In this document: positions 36,321 through 51,077 of the stretch, piece after piece
Position numbering within the stretch: the stretch's first letter is position 1
How the letters are laid out: every line of letters begins with the position of its first letter
Source of the DNA: Callorhinchus milii
Taxonomy: Eukaryota
Reading direction: 5' to 3'
DNA length: 64,000 bases
Assembly (NCBI RefSeq): GCF_018977255.1
Contig: NW_024704742.1
Coordinates: 35,776,001 to 35,840,000 of the forward strand
The notes under the pieces: generated by a model
Databases searched by the model: none
What the model saw: the letters and a program-made list of their open reading frames with translations, nothing else
Told to the model about the DNA's origin: nothing
Made by a program: the position numbers and the translations under genes

Positions 36321-37177
36321 TTTGTGTTAAACAATCGGTGGCAGAATGCAGCATTGTCAAACCCTTTTCTCATCATTGTCCATTATGTTATCCCATTATT
36401 AATTCTTTCTGCTCCTTCTTTACACAGCAAACACTTTGTATAGATAAGTGAATCCTTATTAAATGTTGGTTTTGAGTACAAAACATTTAAATTGTCCCCA
36501 CAATTTAACCAAAATAAGTAACACACTAAATTATTCTCCTCAGCTCCTTTGAGCACCTAATTCAAGCCAAGTGTACAAACAATGTAGCTTTATTCTGTGC
36601 CAAAATGGCTTGCACAACTTCTAAAGGTTTAAACAAAATATCAAAGACCAAAAAATATTATTTTACTGCTCTTCCGGAACCATGTGAAATTCTGCAAATA
36701 GCAGGATTAAATTTGGTTTGCATTTTTTCTTTATAAATGTTTGAAATAATTATCACAGACTTCATCCGGGGCAACAGCTGCTATGCTAGACACATTAGGC
36801 AAGAAAGTCATCTAAAATTATTCTCGATGTGAAATTACAATTATGTAAATTCCAGCTACTGGAATTGTAAACACTGGGGCTCAAGAGAACAGGCTGGAAA
36901 GTTGTCAACTTACTTTACACACAGACACTCACTTAGATTTAAAAAGCCTGGCAAGTTCATACGGTATGCAAATGGTTTGAGATCCACACCACTTGTTTGA
37001 TCTATTTCAGCATGGAAGTCAAGTGGCTGGAAGTGCCTTTTTAATGATTTCCTCTACTCCACCCCCTAATGAACAGCTGCGCGAATTTGTGCAGCAACAT
37101 TTATGTTCAGCAGAGATGAAAAAGGATACACTTAACCAAATCTATTTTACACTGTTTTTTCTTAGCATTTTAGTCAT

Positions 37178-37338
37178 TGGACCTCATTTTAACGTCTCAT
37201 CCGAAAGATGGCACCTCTAACGACGGCACCACACATACACCCAGTATAGCATTGTACAAAATGGAGCCTTGAACCCACAGCCTTCTGACCCAAACGCACG
37301 AGTGCTATCAACTGAGTCAAATTGACCTGGTTATATAA
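37178..37338 (-). repeat. Local duplicate of the 5' half of the Deu SINE at 37747-37907
   Basis: Two colinear 161-bp copies that share the flank ggttatataa beyond the SINE head. Confidence 0.85.
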
Positions 37339-37512
37339 ACAAACTCTTTCAGATTGACACTTTACGACCACGAGTTGTCTGGATGTTGTTTTCTGACTGT
37401 CGTGCTCAAAAGTGGCAGATGATAGTGTCAACGAACTCAACCCCTCAGACACTGAACTGGACAAATTTAGTCAGCAATAATAGATTTGTAATGTTCTCCT
37501 TAGACTGCAATT

Positions 37513-37895
37513 ATAATAATAATAATCCTTACATTTGATTAAGGATGTCTCCAAGTGCTTAACAGGATTTAGGTAAAGTGTAGTAACTGCCAATTTTGTA
37601 GGCAAACCAATTTGTCCAGAGCAATATCCTATAATCAGTAAATGCCTAATTGTATCTGGGGTATTGTTGGCTAGGACACTGGGAGAAACTTTCTTTTCTT
37701 TTCAAATAGTGCATGGGATCTATAACTTCCACCTCGTCGGGTAGACTGGACCTCATTTTAACGTCTCATCCGAAGTATGGCACCTCTAATGACGGTACCA
37801 CACATACACCCAGCGCAGCATTGTACAAAATGGAGTCTTGAACCCACAATCTTCTAACCCAAAGGCAAGAGTGCTATCAACTGAGTCAAATTGAT
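37513..37895 (-). mobile_element. Deu-domain SINE
   Basis: (aat)n tail, ggctaggacactgggagaaac core and head. Confidence 0.8.
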
Positions 37896-38439
37896 CTGGT
37901 TATATAAGCGTTAAAAGATTACCCTCTATTTTGCTGTGTCAACAAGGAATATGGCCTATAGAAACTGTACTGAAAGCTGTTGTAACTAGTATAAATAAAT
38001 ATTGGCAAGAAATATTGCAAAGGTATTTTTTTTGCTTCAAGCACTGAGCTAACACTTTCATAGATTTATTCCCAATAACTCTTACATCTCTTTTTTGCAG
38101 CAATATAGTTCCATTTAACGTACATCCTCTTATGCTTCCTGGCTCCCATGCAGTAGGTGTTGGCCAGCACTTTGGGCTACATATTAGCAGAACTCTCCCT
38201 GTGCTGATTGATCAGATTCTATGTCAGTGTGACCGCTGAGGAATTATTCAGAATTTAATGGTATCATTCTCCCACACTGCTTGTCAAAGAAATAGTGATG
38301 AGACAGTAAAAAATGAAATTGGAAGTAATAGTGACCAATCAATAACAAAAAAGTATTTTATTATTTTACACCTAAGATCATTAGAATATTGAATTGCTTG
38401 ACCACAAACGGTTGTTGAAGCTGAGCACATAACAACATT

Positions 38440-38619
38440 AAAAAGTATTATTTTGGCACTGAATCCACAACTGTTTGTGGGACTGCTTTGTGCCATTGGC
38501 TGCTGTGTTTTGCCCACAAAATATACAGTCAGTTCACTTTACAGTATATTCTGCGAAGCACTTTGAGATGTCTTGAAGATGTGATAAGGCACTATATCAA
38601 ATGCAAGGATTATTATTAT
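38440..38619 (+). mobile_element. 5'-truncated SINE (3' half)
   Basis: ctgtttgtggg..cccacaaaatatacagtc..gcactatatcaaatgcaaggattattatt. Confidence 0.8.
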
Positions 38620-39139
38620 CCAAAGAAAATTGCATAATTGCTTGATTAATTATGGCACCTAAAAGCATTTGTAACAGTATTAAAGAGAATGGGAAAACAA
38701 TTGGGAATGGGGTTAGAGAAGATGACTCCATTGGGGGAACTAGCACCGTTCAAAGAGTCTCCTTTAGTACTGTAAAGATTCTCTTCTTCTTGTGTGATGT
38801 GCACCTTTAATGTCCACTTCCTGTGCATTATGTACCACTGTCTCCAATTCATGAAGAAAGTCTTGCCAGTGGCACTTGCAGCATGCAAGAAGTGACAGTA
38901 AGATTAGCAAAAATGAACCTGGTGAAATCAACATAATTCAAAATTGTTTTTCAATGGACTTGGTATTCATTTTAGGAATAGAAGCCAAGGTTTAACATGC
39001 GGCATTTAACATTATAAACAGATGTCAGGTTGCATGCAACAGAGATTAACAAATATGATGCATTAAGTAAGTTATTTTGTACTATTCTTTAAAAGTTTTA
39101 GGTTCATACAGATGTTCACAATTAAATTAATTAATCAAT

Positions 39140-39475
39140 TAGATAAGGTGACTTTCATGTCAAGTGTCATATCTTAAAGCACTTTGCAGGATTTAGGGTT
39201 GAGTGTAGTGACTGTGTATTTTATAGGCGAACGCAGAAGCTAATGTGTGCACAGCAGTATCCTACAAAGAACCATGAAGTGAATGAAGTTATTGAGAGAT
39301 TATTAGCTAGAACACTGAGAAAACTCCCATCTTTTTTTGAATAGTGCTATGGATTTTTAATATTCACCGGAGCAGAAATACAGGACCTCAGTTTAACATG
39401 TCATCCAAAGGATGACACCTCCAACAAAGCAGCACTCCTCCAGCATTGTATTAGAATGGCAACCAGGATTGGCAG
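39140..39475 (-). mobile_element. Deu-domain SINE, diverged
   Basis: gaacactgagaaaactccc..gaatagtgctatgg..ggacctcagtttaac core. Confidence 0.75.
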
Positions 39476-40070
39476 TCTCCATGACTGAGACATGTAGCTT
39501 ATAAGGTGGACAAAACAAAAAAGTATTGCAATTGTTGACATTTCAAATAGCTGATTTAAATACAAAGGTGAACTTTTACCTGTAAAAGCTACAATTGTGC
39601 AGTATTTGCATTTTTGTTTGATTTTTGTTTGATTTTATTTGAAATATACCGTGGGTCTTGATCAAAAGGTTTCCTCAATAGGAATTCTGTAATGTGCCAC
39701 TCATTGATGTTAATGAATTTTATGAGTCCTTCACCACAAAGACAAGTGGGGATGCTGCACAAGTATAGTAATATTTAAGATCAGAGGATGATAAATCTTG
39801 TCTAGCAGAATGACACCTCCTAGAGCAGAATTGGATAGTTGACTGCAGAGGAATAAACTCCACTTTACTGTCTAAAACAACATAAATGAAGGAGGGAGTT
39901 TGTAAGAAAACATAACTAACCATTGTGAGTTCTTTGTCCTTTCATCACATAAAAGTAGCTGTGGACAACAGGCTGTGCTACCTATTGTGCATATGGTTAG
40001 ATGGGGAAGAGCAGGTGTTTGAGAATAAATCCATTTCTGGTCAGCGAAAATACCAACTTTTCTTGCAGTT

Positions 40071-40389
40071 ATAATAATATAATAATAATCCTTGCATTTG
40101 ATATAGCGCTTTTCACATCTTTTTGATATCTCAAAGCGCCTCACAGAATAGACTGTAAAATTAATTGACCGTATATTTGTGGGCGAAACGTGGCAGCCAA
40201 TTGCGCACAGCAGTGTCCCACAAACAGTCATGGATTGAAAATGACCAATTTAATATTGTTTTGTTTTGGAGGGATTATTATCAGGGTTGTGGAGTAAGGA
40301 AACTTGCCCAAGGAATTCCCTGCCTGGAATTGAACCCAGGTGTCTCGCTTGCAAGGCGAGTGCTCTAACCACTGAGCTACACGACTCCA
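40071..40389 (-). mobile_element. tRNA-Ala-derived SINE (short form)
   Basis: Complete head, body and (aat)n tail. Confidence 0.92.
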
Positions 40390-41065
40390 TGTTGCAATTG
40401 ACAGCTTTGTTTGGAATATAAATGATAATGGAACTGATGAAATATGGTGGTAAAACCATATTATTGTTGTAAAACAATATACTTTAGAGGCTCTGGGTCA
40501 ATGATTCCACCTGTCTTCTTAAATTTCATTCCATAAAGACGTGTATGTCTGCAAAAGAGCATGTGGTCAATGGCATTTCTTCTCCCTGTCAAATGAGAAG
40601 AAATAGGTCTTGAAATAAATACTGTTGACCAGAAAAGAGCCCCAAAAAGCTTTATGGACTACCATGGCTCAGATAATATGGTTGTCAAAGGAAAGATATA
40701 TTAGAGGAACGCTTGGTATCAATTTGCAGTTATCAAGGATGGTATTGTTTGGGTGTTATATAAAAAAAAATGCCCTTTTGTCTAATGAAAATTTGTAAAC
40801 ATTAGAAAGAACAAACAGTATTAGTCATGGAACACCTGAAATACTCCAATTTCTGGATCCTGTGTCCAGTGTTGTCTCTTACTACCCGCACCTCACCAAT
40901 TCTTTGTTACTTCATGTCACAGATGAACAGTTTAAATGTAGCCAAACTCCTATCAGTAATGCTTAATACCGATCTAGGCACAGTATGTTTATTTGCTAGA
41001 ATGATTCATTATGCCAAGAGCCTAAATTATGATGAAAGGATGAAAAAACGTGGATTGTATTAGGA

Positions 41066-41180
41066 AATAAGAATTTGTTAGGCGGAAGAAGACCAAGATC
41101 CATCTAGTTCACTTTCCCCCATCCTGGCAGTCGCTTGACATGTAGTGTCCCAAACTATCCCAAGATATTATTTTCTAGCA
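41066..41180 (-). mobile_element. CR1-type 3' tail (family of 5035-5237)
   Basis: Reverse complement matches 5140-5230. Confidence 0.75.
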
Positions 41181-41182
41181 GA

Positions 41183-41358
41183 CATGCTTCCACGTGTATG
41201 TGGATGACATCCAAATCTACTTCTCCTCCTCCAGCTGTGACTCCCAGTCTGTTGATGTCCTTCCTGTCAGCTTGTTTGACGGACATCAAAGCCTGGATGA
41301 GTGAAAATTTGTGCAAGTGAATGTCGGCAAGATGGAAGCCATGCTCCTAGGCTCCCTT
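41183..41358 (+). mobile_element. L2 RT fragment (YxDD region)
   Basis: FHVYVDDIQIYFS and ACLTDIKAWMSEN. Confidence 0.85.
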
Positions 41359-43344
41359 CAATGTTCTTCACTCCTGTGGGTCCCGTATTGACTCAGCTCT
41401 GCTGTACTTTCACCCAGCATGTCACCTTGGAGGCATCTCAGGAGGATAGTCACAAACTGGCCACCAATCAGCAGCCAAGTATATCTTTTGTTATGAGTAG
41501 TTTTTACCAGAATTTGGTGCATAAACCTGCAGTTCCATTCCACTTGGAGAACCACTCTGTAAATGGCTTTCCACAATGCCAAGGCAGATAGTCACCAAAA
41601 TGCTGATGAAAAAGGTGACATTCAGAATAATGGCACTGCAAGTTGTTACAGCCGGCTGTCCTGCCTGGTATATCTCCAATTTATAGTGTCATTGTGGCTT
41701 TGGTCTAGAGGATGATGTCAATGCACTCGCAATATTGTTGGCTGTACTGTTCAGGAGGAAATCGCAGTACTATCTAGCAAAAGATCAAACCTGTGGATGG
41801 CAAGGCCTCTCAATTTAAGCTGCCTCCAAGGTGATATACCCAGAGAAGGGAGAGTAAAGTTGAGTAAACTCTTTTAGTCAGTATTGAATCCCTGAGACCA
41901 AAAGTCCACAGTACTGAACTCTGAGCCACTGTTGATGATTGACTTGTCTGTCTCATTAATGGGACTCGGAGAGAAAGACAGGTCACAAGAGAACAGGATT
42001 CCTTAGAGTAAGTCAACTCTTTGATGAATACGGTGGCCCTAGATGGTCAATCAGTAGTAAGACTACCACTCCCGTGTATTGGTATGCTGAGTAACTTTAA
42101 TAGATTCAATTACAACAGTACCATAACTCACACTCTGGGGTATCTAATGCATTTCTTTGCCACACTAGACTACATCTCTGCTCTCCAGACAAGGGTAGTT
42201 AAATTGATTCTGTGATTCCTGGAAGAAAAAATAGACAAATGAAAAAAAAACATAGTTCTGATTCATAATAGCTGATGAAATTACACTAAGTTACTTCTTT
42301 TCAATAAAGTCTTATTTAATCAACTTTGGCAGCAACACTTAGAATCTTTGAAGGCTGTAAATAATGTTCGCTTCTGCATATATTGCCAAAAAATTCAGCT
42401 GAGCATTGAGAACGTGAAGCTCTCATAGTCTTCTTGGACCACATGGTGATTTGTTTTATCTTTAGATGTCACCTGATATTGAAAACATATTTACTCCAGA
42501 GTACATGTGATGCATTCTCTGAAATCTTCTGTTTTATCACTGCAATCCACAGTACTGCAAATTTGTATTTTTGCACCTGAATAAATACTGGACCGCTTTT
42601 CACCCCTCTCAGTCAGTACAGCTGTCCTGCAAGTCATCCTTCTGTACTTTGCTCTTTTCCCTAACAAAATAACAATGTCTAGGCACCCATGCCATCTGAC
42701 CGGATATCAAGGAATGCATGTGTTTGATTCCAGTCTTGAGAGTCCAGCTGCTGGCCACCAGTGGGTCTGTATACAGCAGTCATTAGGAGGGAGGGGGAGC
42801 CAGTATTCCTACTCCTACTCACTATTACAACTTCCAGCATAGTTTCAAGTCTGATACTTGCCAAATTCTCCAAATATTTTAATCGCATTGTAATGCATAA
42901 TAACAGGTGTACAGCTGGATTGCCAGCCTTGGGGTCTGGAGTGGGGGAAAGGAATGTTTGCCAAAAAATGAATGCATGTTATTGATACTTCGGGAGAGAA
43001 ACTGATAATAGCATAAACCTGAAAACACAATCAGTTTTAAAAGCGTTTTTAAAAATCATCTTCAGACTTCCTTTTTAGACATCCTGAAGGCCTGGTTTCT
43101 TCGGTATTATATAAGGAAATCGCTTGCCCAGATTTTGATTCATTTCACATTGTTGCAATGTGTTTTTCCATTCTCTCTCCACTGATCTGCCTGGATCAAC
43201 GTAGTTGTACAAGTCTTTTCTTTTGTGCTCTTCCGGACTATCTGTTTATCAAATTGTTAAACCTAGAAAGAAAGAACTTTTATTTGTTTAACAATTTATC
43301 AAATCAAAACTTCTCAAACCTCTTTTTAGTAATTATTGTTGTGG

Positions 43345-43645
43345 CATGACTGTTTCTGTAGGCAAATTTAGCGGCCAATTTGCATACAACAAATGCCTCA
43401 CAAAGAGCAATGAGGTGAATGGCTAATTTATCTGAAGAAAAATTGTCTGGAAGAAACTTTTTGAATAGTGTCATGGGATCTTCAACTACCTGAAGAACAG
43501 TCACACAAAATTAGGTTTAACATCTCATCCAAATGATAGCACCCCTGATAATGCATTACTTCCTTAGACTTGTACTCCAGTGTCAGCTAGGCTATCAAAT
43601 CAAGTTGCGATGTGGGACTTGGAAACCACAGCCTTTTACTTGTTG
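43345..43645 (-). mobile_element. Deu-domain SINE, diverged
   Basis: gaatagtgtcatgggatcttc..gtttaacatctcatcc core. Confidence 0.7.
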
Positions 43646-43819
43646 ACATCTGTAGCTGCATCTGTGTGTCACAGATTTATTAATCTGTAAAAATATAGCT
43701 ACTGCATGATTTATTAATTCAACAAAGCTTTAAACTATTGAACAGAATGTAGTTTATTATCCAAAAAGACATTCCTGCATTATTTATAATAAACAATAAT
43801 AATCCTTTAATTTTAAATA

Positions 43820-44134
43820 TAATAATCCTGCATTTGATATAGCGCTTTTCATGTCTTCTAGACTTCTCAAAGTGCTTCACAGAATATGCTGCAAAGTGAA
43901 TTGACTGTATATTTGTGAGCGAAACGTGGCAGCCAGTTTCGCTCGGCAGTGTCCCACAAACAGTCATGGTCATGTATTGAAGTGACCAATTTATTATTGT
44001 TTTTTGTTCTTAAGGAATTATTAACAGCTGTGTGGAGTAACGATGAAACTTGCCCAAGGTTTTGCCCTGATGGGAATCGAACCCAGGTCTTTCGCTTGTG
44101 AAACGAGTGCTCTAACCACTGAGTTACAGGACTC
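43820..44134 (-). mobile_element. tRNA-Ala-derived SINE inserted into the tail of a Deu SINE
   Basis: Full head to tail; directly abuts the tatatagcacc tail of the next element. Confidence 0.9.
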
Positions 44135-44135
44135 T

Positions 44136-44523
44136 ATATAGCACCTTATCACGAAATAGAAACACTTCACAGGATTTTACTATAAAGTGCAGTGACTAGT
44201 AATTTGTAGGCGAATGAGGCAGCCAATTTATGCATAACAGTGCCCCACAAATAACTATGAATGAATAACTAATTTTATCTAGAGAATCATTGGGCAGGAC
44301 AAAGATGCAATTTCCTTCTCTTTTCAAATAGTGCAAGAGGTTCTTCAATGTTCACCAGAACAGGACGGCACCTCTGACAATTCAGGGTACCCCTAGCATT
44401 GCATTGTAGTGTCAGCCTAGACTCTGAGTTCAAAATCCCAATTTGGGGCTTGAACACACAATTTAGAGGTGAGTCTCAGACCTTTGACTCAGAGTCAAGA
44501 GTGCTACCAACTAAGCCAAGCTA
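44136..44523 (-). mobile_element. Deu-domain SINE
   Basis: Core plus head (gagtgctaccaactaagccaagct). Confidence 0.8.
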
Positions 44524-46069
44524 TCACCTACTGCCAATTTACTGCCAATTTACCCAGGCTCAGTTAGTAGCAACTGATAACATTAAAAATGATATACTAT
44601 ATTCAGTTTGCAATACAGTGGATAATTTGTATTATGTATTATGGATCATTTGGGTAATGGTAAATGATGAATATTTAATATTGGTTTAATTATGACTGTT
44701 TATTTCAGAGTAAGACAGTCCTCACTGCACTGCAGCATTGTGATCAGAGAGAACGTGGTGTAATTTCCAGTATGCAAATATGGCCTTCCAACCTCTGGTA
44801 TAGGCAAACACTAGGAACATTCCCAGAAGTACCTATAAATGTCCAGTTATAGGGTTCGAGTGGTGAATATATAATAATAATAATGTATAATAATAATTGA
44901 TAATTATCATCGCATTTAGTACAGCACCTTTCACACTGGGAGGACATCCCAAAGCACTTAACAGGATATATTGTAAAGGGCAGTGATTGTGTGTTTTGGA
45001 AGCAAATGCCCAAATACCATGAGGTGCCCCAAACGTTCTCCATATAAAAAATTGTTTTCTTTAACATCAAGTATTCACAAAACAACCATACAGTCAAATC
45101 TGGTAACAGATGGATAATGATATACTGTTTAAACAGATCTTTTAAAAATCTTGAATGGCTGGAATGGACTAAGAACGTGTGTAATGAATGTGCATAACAC
45201 AACTCCAAATGTAGTGATAAATCCTGCCTGTTAGTGTTTGACGTGTCAGCTCAAGGATCTTTGTAGAAGCAAAGAAATGTTTTTAATTTAAATGGTTCCC
45301 TTAGAAGATGGAACAAGAGCTAAACAAGAAGTGAACTAATGCTCCAGTTATTCAATTTTGGAAAGTCTGAAGAAAAAACAGAATCAAGATCCAAATTCAA
45401 GGGCAGTGGAATGGAATTACCTGTATGTTTGGATCATGGGAATGTTTAAGTTCTTAAAACTAAAAGTAACAATAAGTGCAGCATTTAGCATTAAAACTTC
45501 TGAGGAATCCTGGCAGTGTTGCTGTACACGCAATGGTTTCCATAAGTAACTTGCCCAAACCTGAATTCTTCTACATAATGTAGCTTCTCAAGTATTTTCC
45601 TTCATCCTTTTGTTTGTTGCTTAACAACTGAAAAGAAGACCTAAGTTATTCAGTTAGGCTATGCTGCTGTAGCTTTCTCTATACCTGACTCCCCTCTAGC
45701 TCTTTCAGAAGACAGTGGGTTAGGGTTTGATTACAAATTAATTGTCAATTGCCTTTTAGGAGCAGCTGATGATTTTGACCTATGAACAAGTCATTTATCT
45801 GTAGGATTTCCATGTTGTTGTCAGCAATTCTTTGAATGTTGATGGAATGAAATCCCTTTCATTTATAAAATGAGAATAGATTGCAGAGGGAATGTTAATC
45901 TTTACATCGATGCAGTTAATCAACACCCCCCCCCCTACACACTAACAAACACATACAAACACACACAAGTTCAGGCAATCAGCAATTTGAGGAAAGCGTT
46001 GGCGTCTCTAGTTTCTGGGTTAATCAGAAAGCAATGTGAAACAAGGTATTAGTTACTTTATGAGGGTGT

Positions 46070-46328
46070 GTCTGTCATTGTTGGGTGGGCCTTCAGCTCT
46101 CTGCCCCCAACCTCTGAAACTCCATCCCACATTCCCTCTGCCTCGCCCCTTCCCTTGCCTCCTTCAAGCCCCGTCTCAAGATCCTCCACTTTGAACATGT
46201 CACACTCCTACCCCTACCACCCCAGCCTACAACCCTCCTGATCCCAACCACCAGCTTGCGTGTGGATCCCTGACTCTTCAGGACTTCCTGACGTAAAAGG
46301 CGCTATACAAATTTAATTTGTTATTGTA
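46070..46328 (+). mobile_element. L2 3' end
   Basis: GGWAFSSLPP motif and tail ggcgctatacaaatttaatttgttattg. Confidence 0.8.
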
Positions 46329-48379
46329 TACCAGGAACACACCTGATGGTCTTTCTATTGATGTCTGAAAGCTGCCACATGTGCAGAAAGAGTGTGGTGG
46401 TGATCATTACAGCTGCCGGTGAACTTATGACTGAATTGGAACATGACTCCTGACTTGGCCCTAAAGTTCACATTAGAACACACTGGTACACCCTCAAGCC
46501 CAGGTAAAGAAGTGGGCAAGAAGTGGGTGGTAAGGACTAAGTGGGCTCATTTGAGAAATAGCAACAACAGTAATGGAATGGAATGTAAAGATAAAATAAA
46601 CATGAAAAAAAGGGTTAAGCTGTTCCATATAGCAAAGGGGTGTTTGAGAGATATTGTTGGGTGCCGTATTTTCCTGTGTAAAAAGTCACTACAAAGGAAT
46701 TTATTGGAGTGAATGTAGCAGTACGTTGGGTACTTATTGCATAGAATGTTTTGGAAGGTATATCCCCCTTTTTCTCAATAACGATTTTGAGGTGCATGCC
46801 CACCTTCACATATGGCACAATTGATAACACCATGTAGAGATTTGCCTCTGACACATTGATTTGATAAATATCAATTGTACCATTAAATAGATCCCAGATG
46901 TTTTCACATGATAAGGTAGTACATGAAATGCAAGCATTATTGATACTTGTACTATTTTATCAAAAATAGGACATGGAAGGATTTTCCTGACAGAAAGTGG
47001 AAAATAAAGTATAAAAGTAATTGCTTCCCATTTTCTATAATATAGGCTTTCCTGCTTGATTTCTTGCTTTGCTGCAAGAAACATATAACAACAACAACTT
47101 GTATTTATATAGCGCCCTCCACGCAGGGTAGCATCTCAGACCGCTTGACATATGAAAGAGTTACAACTCTCTTATTGTATAAAAAGCTCTGATTTGCTTC
47201 CTAATAGATTGAGAGGACTTTTTGTTATTAGCTTCCTGGAATGTGAATTACATTTGCATTCCCTCATTTCCAGAAGAATGTGGATTGTGTCCTAGATATT
47301 CTGAAATGCAAGATCACCGGCAGTTTTAAACCTTTGATTAATAATATATTGAACTGCAAGAAAGTACTTTAATGAGCTTTGCGGTTTGTTTATTCAATTT
47401 CATCCTGCCTGTCCTGTATTGAATGTGGTTAATGGACTTTCACTAAGCAGTGCTGGTGGGCTTAAAACTTCTGAGGTCTTAAATTGTTTTGCATAAACTG
47501 TTTTCCAGAAATTATTGCTTTACACTTGCTTGCTTCACTGTACATTTACCCTTGTCAGTTTAACAAAGTAAGGTTGACTAGTGGAACAGATTGATTCAAC
47601 AGCTCTCTCCCTTTCTAACTTGATAAAACAACGGTAGAAGTTAACCTTTCATTAAATGTACAAATGTACCCTCACTAAACTGCTTAAACTGCTATGAAAC
47701 TGTGAAAGGATTATTGACCAAAGTGTGTCACCAAAGGATAATAGGATCCCTCGAAACTCTCACCCTCAATATAAACAGTCAGTTTGAATCCAAAATAGTG
47801 ACATCCCTCGGGTTGGTGAGCAGAACATTTCAGACTAAACTCACATTGTGTTTAAAATTGTGGAGTTTATAACCTGGATTCACACAATATTCATAAACAT
47901 TGATCCTATTAGTAACCAGAAGTCACACTGATCCCCAGGAACTCTACTTTACAGAGATCAATCTCTACATAATAGTATAAAATCTGCTCTATTCTTCTTC
48001 AGTGTTAGCGCTTACTTCCTTTAAAGTGTATAATACTATTTCAAAGGATTAGCCATATTTTTAAAATAGCGACTTTAATTTAAAAATCAATTCTGGTGAT
48101 TGTGAAACAGAAAGCGTCAGAAAGAATAATTCAATTCAAAAAGGGAAAAACATTTTCCAGAAACGGGAGAGGGGATTGTTCAATCCCAAACTGGTTGTTA
48201 AAGATAGGTTATACAGCCCACAAAATAACTGCATCTTCTCTGTTTGTAATAATCAACACTGACTATAATATCGCATCATATACTGTAATTTCTCCCCATT
48301 ATTTTAAACACTTCATTCAAGATCACCCTTCAACTTGGGTGGGCTTCGTAATGGCCCAGCAGGCCATGGGTTAACCAGC

Positions 48380-48835
48380 ATTGCTCCAGGGAATATAACC
48401 CAAGTTTACCCAGGTTCTCATCTTCACTAAACCCCTTCAAACCCATTATTAATCAAGTTAATTAATCTGCACATCCTCCAGCACCATATATTCTTTCTAT
48501 GATTGGGTGCTTAAACTGAATACAATACTCAAATGAGTTTCACCAACATTCTCTGCAACTGTATATTGCTTTATATTCCAATCCTGTTGGTATAAAGCTC
48601 AATATCCCATTAGTCTTTTGGATTGTTTTCTGCACTTGCAAGCTAGATTTTAATGGTTTATATACTTGGAACCCTAAATTCCTTAGTTGATCTATTCACC
48701 CTCGGGCTTCTCCATTTTGAATTTATTCTTGTCTGCTATTCTTGCGTCCAAACTGTACTTTCACATACTTTGTTTCATTGAACTACATCTTCCATACTTC
48801 TTTCCATTCACTTAATCTGTGTCCCTCTGCAATTG
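48380..48835 (-). mobile_element. CR1 RT fragment, diverged
   Basis: Reverse strand gives LGFQVYKPLKSSLQVQKTI..ANGILSFI and YCIQF-like CR1 motifs. Confidence 0.7.
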
Positions 48836-51077
48836 TCTACTCTCTTTGGCGCAGTTTACTGCATTGTGTGGCTAAATGAGTAACCTTAGAACTACTGGCT
48901 GTATTCCTATACCTATGTTTATAGGGTGAAAAACTGGCCCTCCAATCCAGGGAAGAGGGGCATGACTTGCCACTGCCTGCCAGTCCAAGAGTGTTCCTTT
49001 TATCCCAATTCCTGCCTTTTGCCTCCCAAACAATTTTATATCTTCTCATTGCTTTCATTTACTAAATGGCATTGGCAAAGAGGTCTTGGGCAGGCGTATT
49101 TTTAATGAAACAGGTGATAAGAGATCTATTGCGAGGTGGAAATGAGCATTATCCTGGAATCAAATCTGTTTGGAAGGAAAGTGCTGATGCAGTAAAATAA
49201 CAACGTTGAAGCAGAGATTCATTGCACCATAACCCTTTAATTTAAAGAACGCTTTGGGACCTTGTATGTTTTTATGTGTCTAAGATTAACAGATAGAGAA
49301 TTACAGGCAAATTTCTCTCAAACATGTTGTTAACCAGATTTTATGTTATTTACAGCGGCTTTACACTGTTACATTGTTATCCCAGAAAAATCCAGTCCGA
49401 GATTTATTTATGTTGTCAACACTACTTTACCTCCTTCAAGTGCACCTATAAATCAGGACTAAGGGCTGCTTTTCACTTTGACCTTACTGCTGCTAACATT
49501 AACAGATGTGGTGACAAATGAAAGTTTAGCCAAGGGTTCAGAGAAGCTCACAGAGTGGCATTTATTCCATAATGTGTTTTTATATTTAAAACTGGCCCTT
49601 TTATTTTAATCTCACTGCCAGTTATTTATGGTTCCAGGCCTACTCCCACCATCTCCTTAGTTTAACAGTAGTGTCATATTGCTAGATTGGAATTTAAAAA
49701 TGTTGTGGCAAGAATGAGTACATCATATTTTACCAGACACCTGCATGAAACAGGCTGAAAAGGTCATTGAACTACAACTTGTTACACAGTGCCTTGCCAT
49801 TATGCAGACGGTCAATGAACATATTAAGTCAGGCCAGAATATTGTTTAGTGAATGTTTATCTTGTAAAGCTTCCCTCACCTATGTTTCCATCACAAAGTA
49901 GAGCGGAGTGGCAAGCAAAAATCCAAGTGATTTGCTCTTTAAGAAAATCTGGCAACTAATAAATTAAGTGATGTGTACTTTAAGCTTGAGCTCCAGAAAA
50001 GCATCGGCTGACCTTTTAATCCCAATAGGAAAGGAATTTGTCTTTAGGGAGAATATTTTGCAGGACTGACTCATATTATGTAGAACAATTTATTATACAG
50101 CCTGCTCTTTAAAACTTCTTCACAATTTGTGCTTTTCTCATTGTGTATTCCTTTTTAATAAATGTCTCATTTTGTTTCTCTACTTGTGATTATTTTCTAA
50201 GTCTCATCCTACCAGCCCTGAAACAAATTGATAAATAATTATTAAATTATTAATCACAAATTAGAGATCACTTCATGCCCCACTTCACTCCCTATCTCTC
50301 CAACCAGAGTCCACTCCTCTACTCATCCTTTTACTCGGCTGGCTCGGGGCTTCTGTCCATTCCTCGGTCCCTTTTGCTCCACCATCAGTAACCGTGCTTT
50401 CAACCACTATGCCTTGAACTTCTGGAAGTTCTTGCATTTTACAGTAATTTATATCCTGTAAAGTGCTTTGGGACGTAAAAGGCTATATTTTAAATTTAAG
50501 GATGATTATTATTTTTATTTAATATGACTTGACTAAGGTAGATTTGCTGTGTTTTGTGGAAGGAGGTATGATGGCCTTTTACTATTTCACGTTTTCTAAT
50601 TTTAATTTTTTCCCTGAGTTGACTGAAATCTTCACTTTGAAGTTTTTCATATACTAGAGATAGGGATTGACATGAGAAGCTGTATGAGTTTGGGAGGTAT
50701 GGAGCCAAGTGTATCAAAGGCAAGAGAGACTAAAGCACAATTTTGGCAAAATGGTCAGAAGGTGCATGTGTGAAAGGCGCTATACAAATGTAATTTTGTT
50801 GTTGTTGTTGCATGTGCTGGACAATTCCTTGTGTGTTTCCTGTTGCAGTGCTGATTAACCTTACCTCTTCTAATTGCCTGTTTCCAAAATTTGGCAGCAC
50901 CACATTTCAGCTGCATTATTTGCATTTGCCTGTATAATCCTTAATACTGTATTGTGTTTGTGACCTGAGTAGTAGAATAAAATGTTACCTCAGTCAATAT
51001 AGGGTAATAATCAAACAATCTTGGCAGCAATAATGTAAAGTGTTCAGTAGAAGTAGCAGCAATATTTTGTTTCTTTA

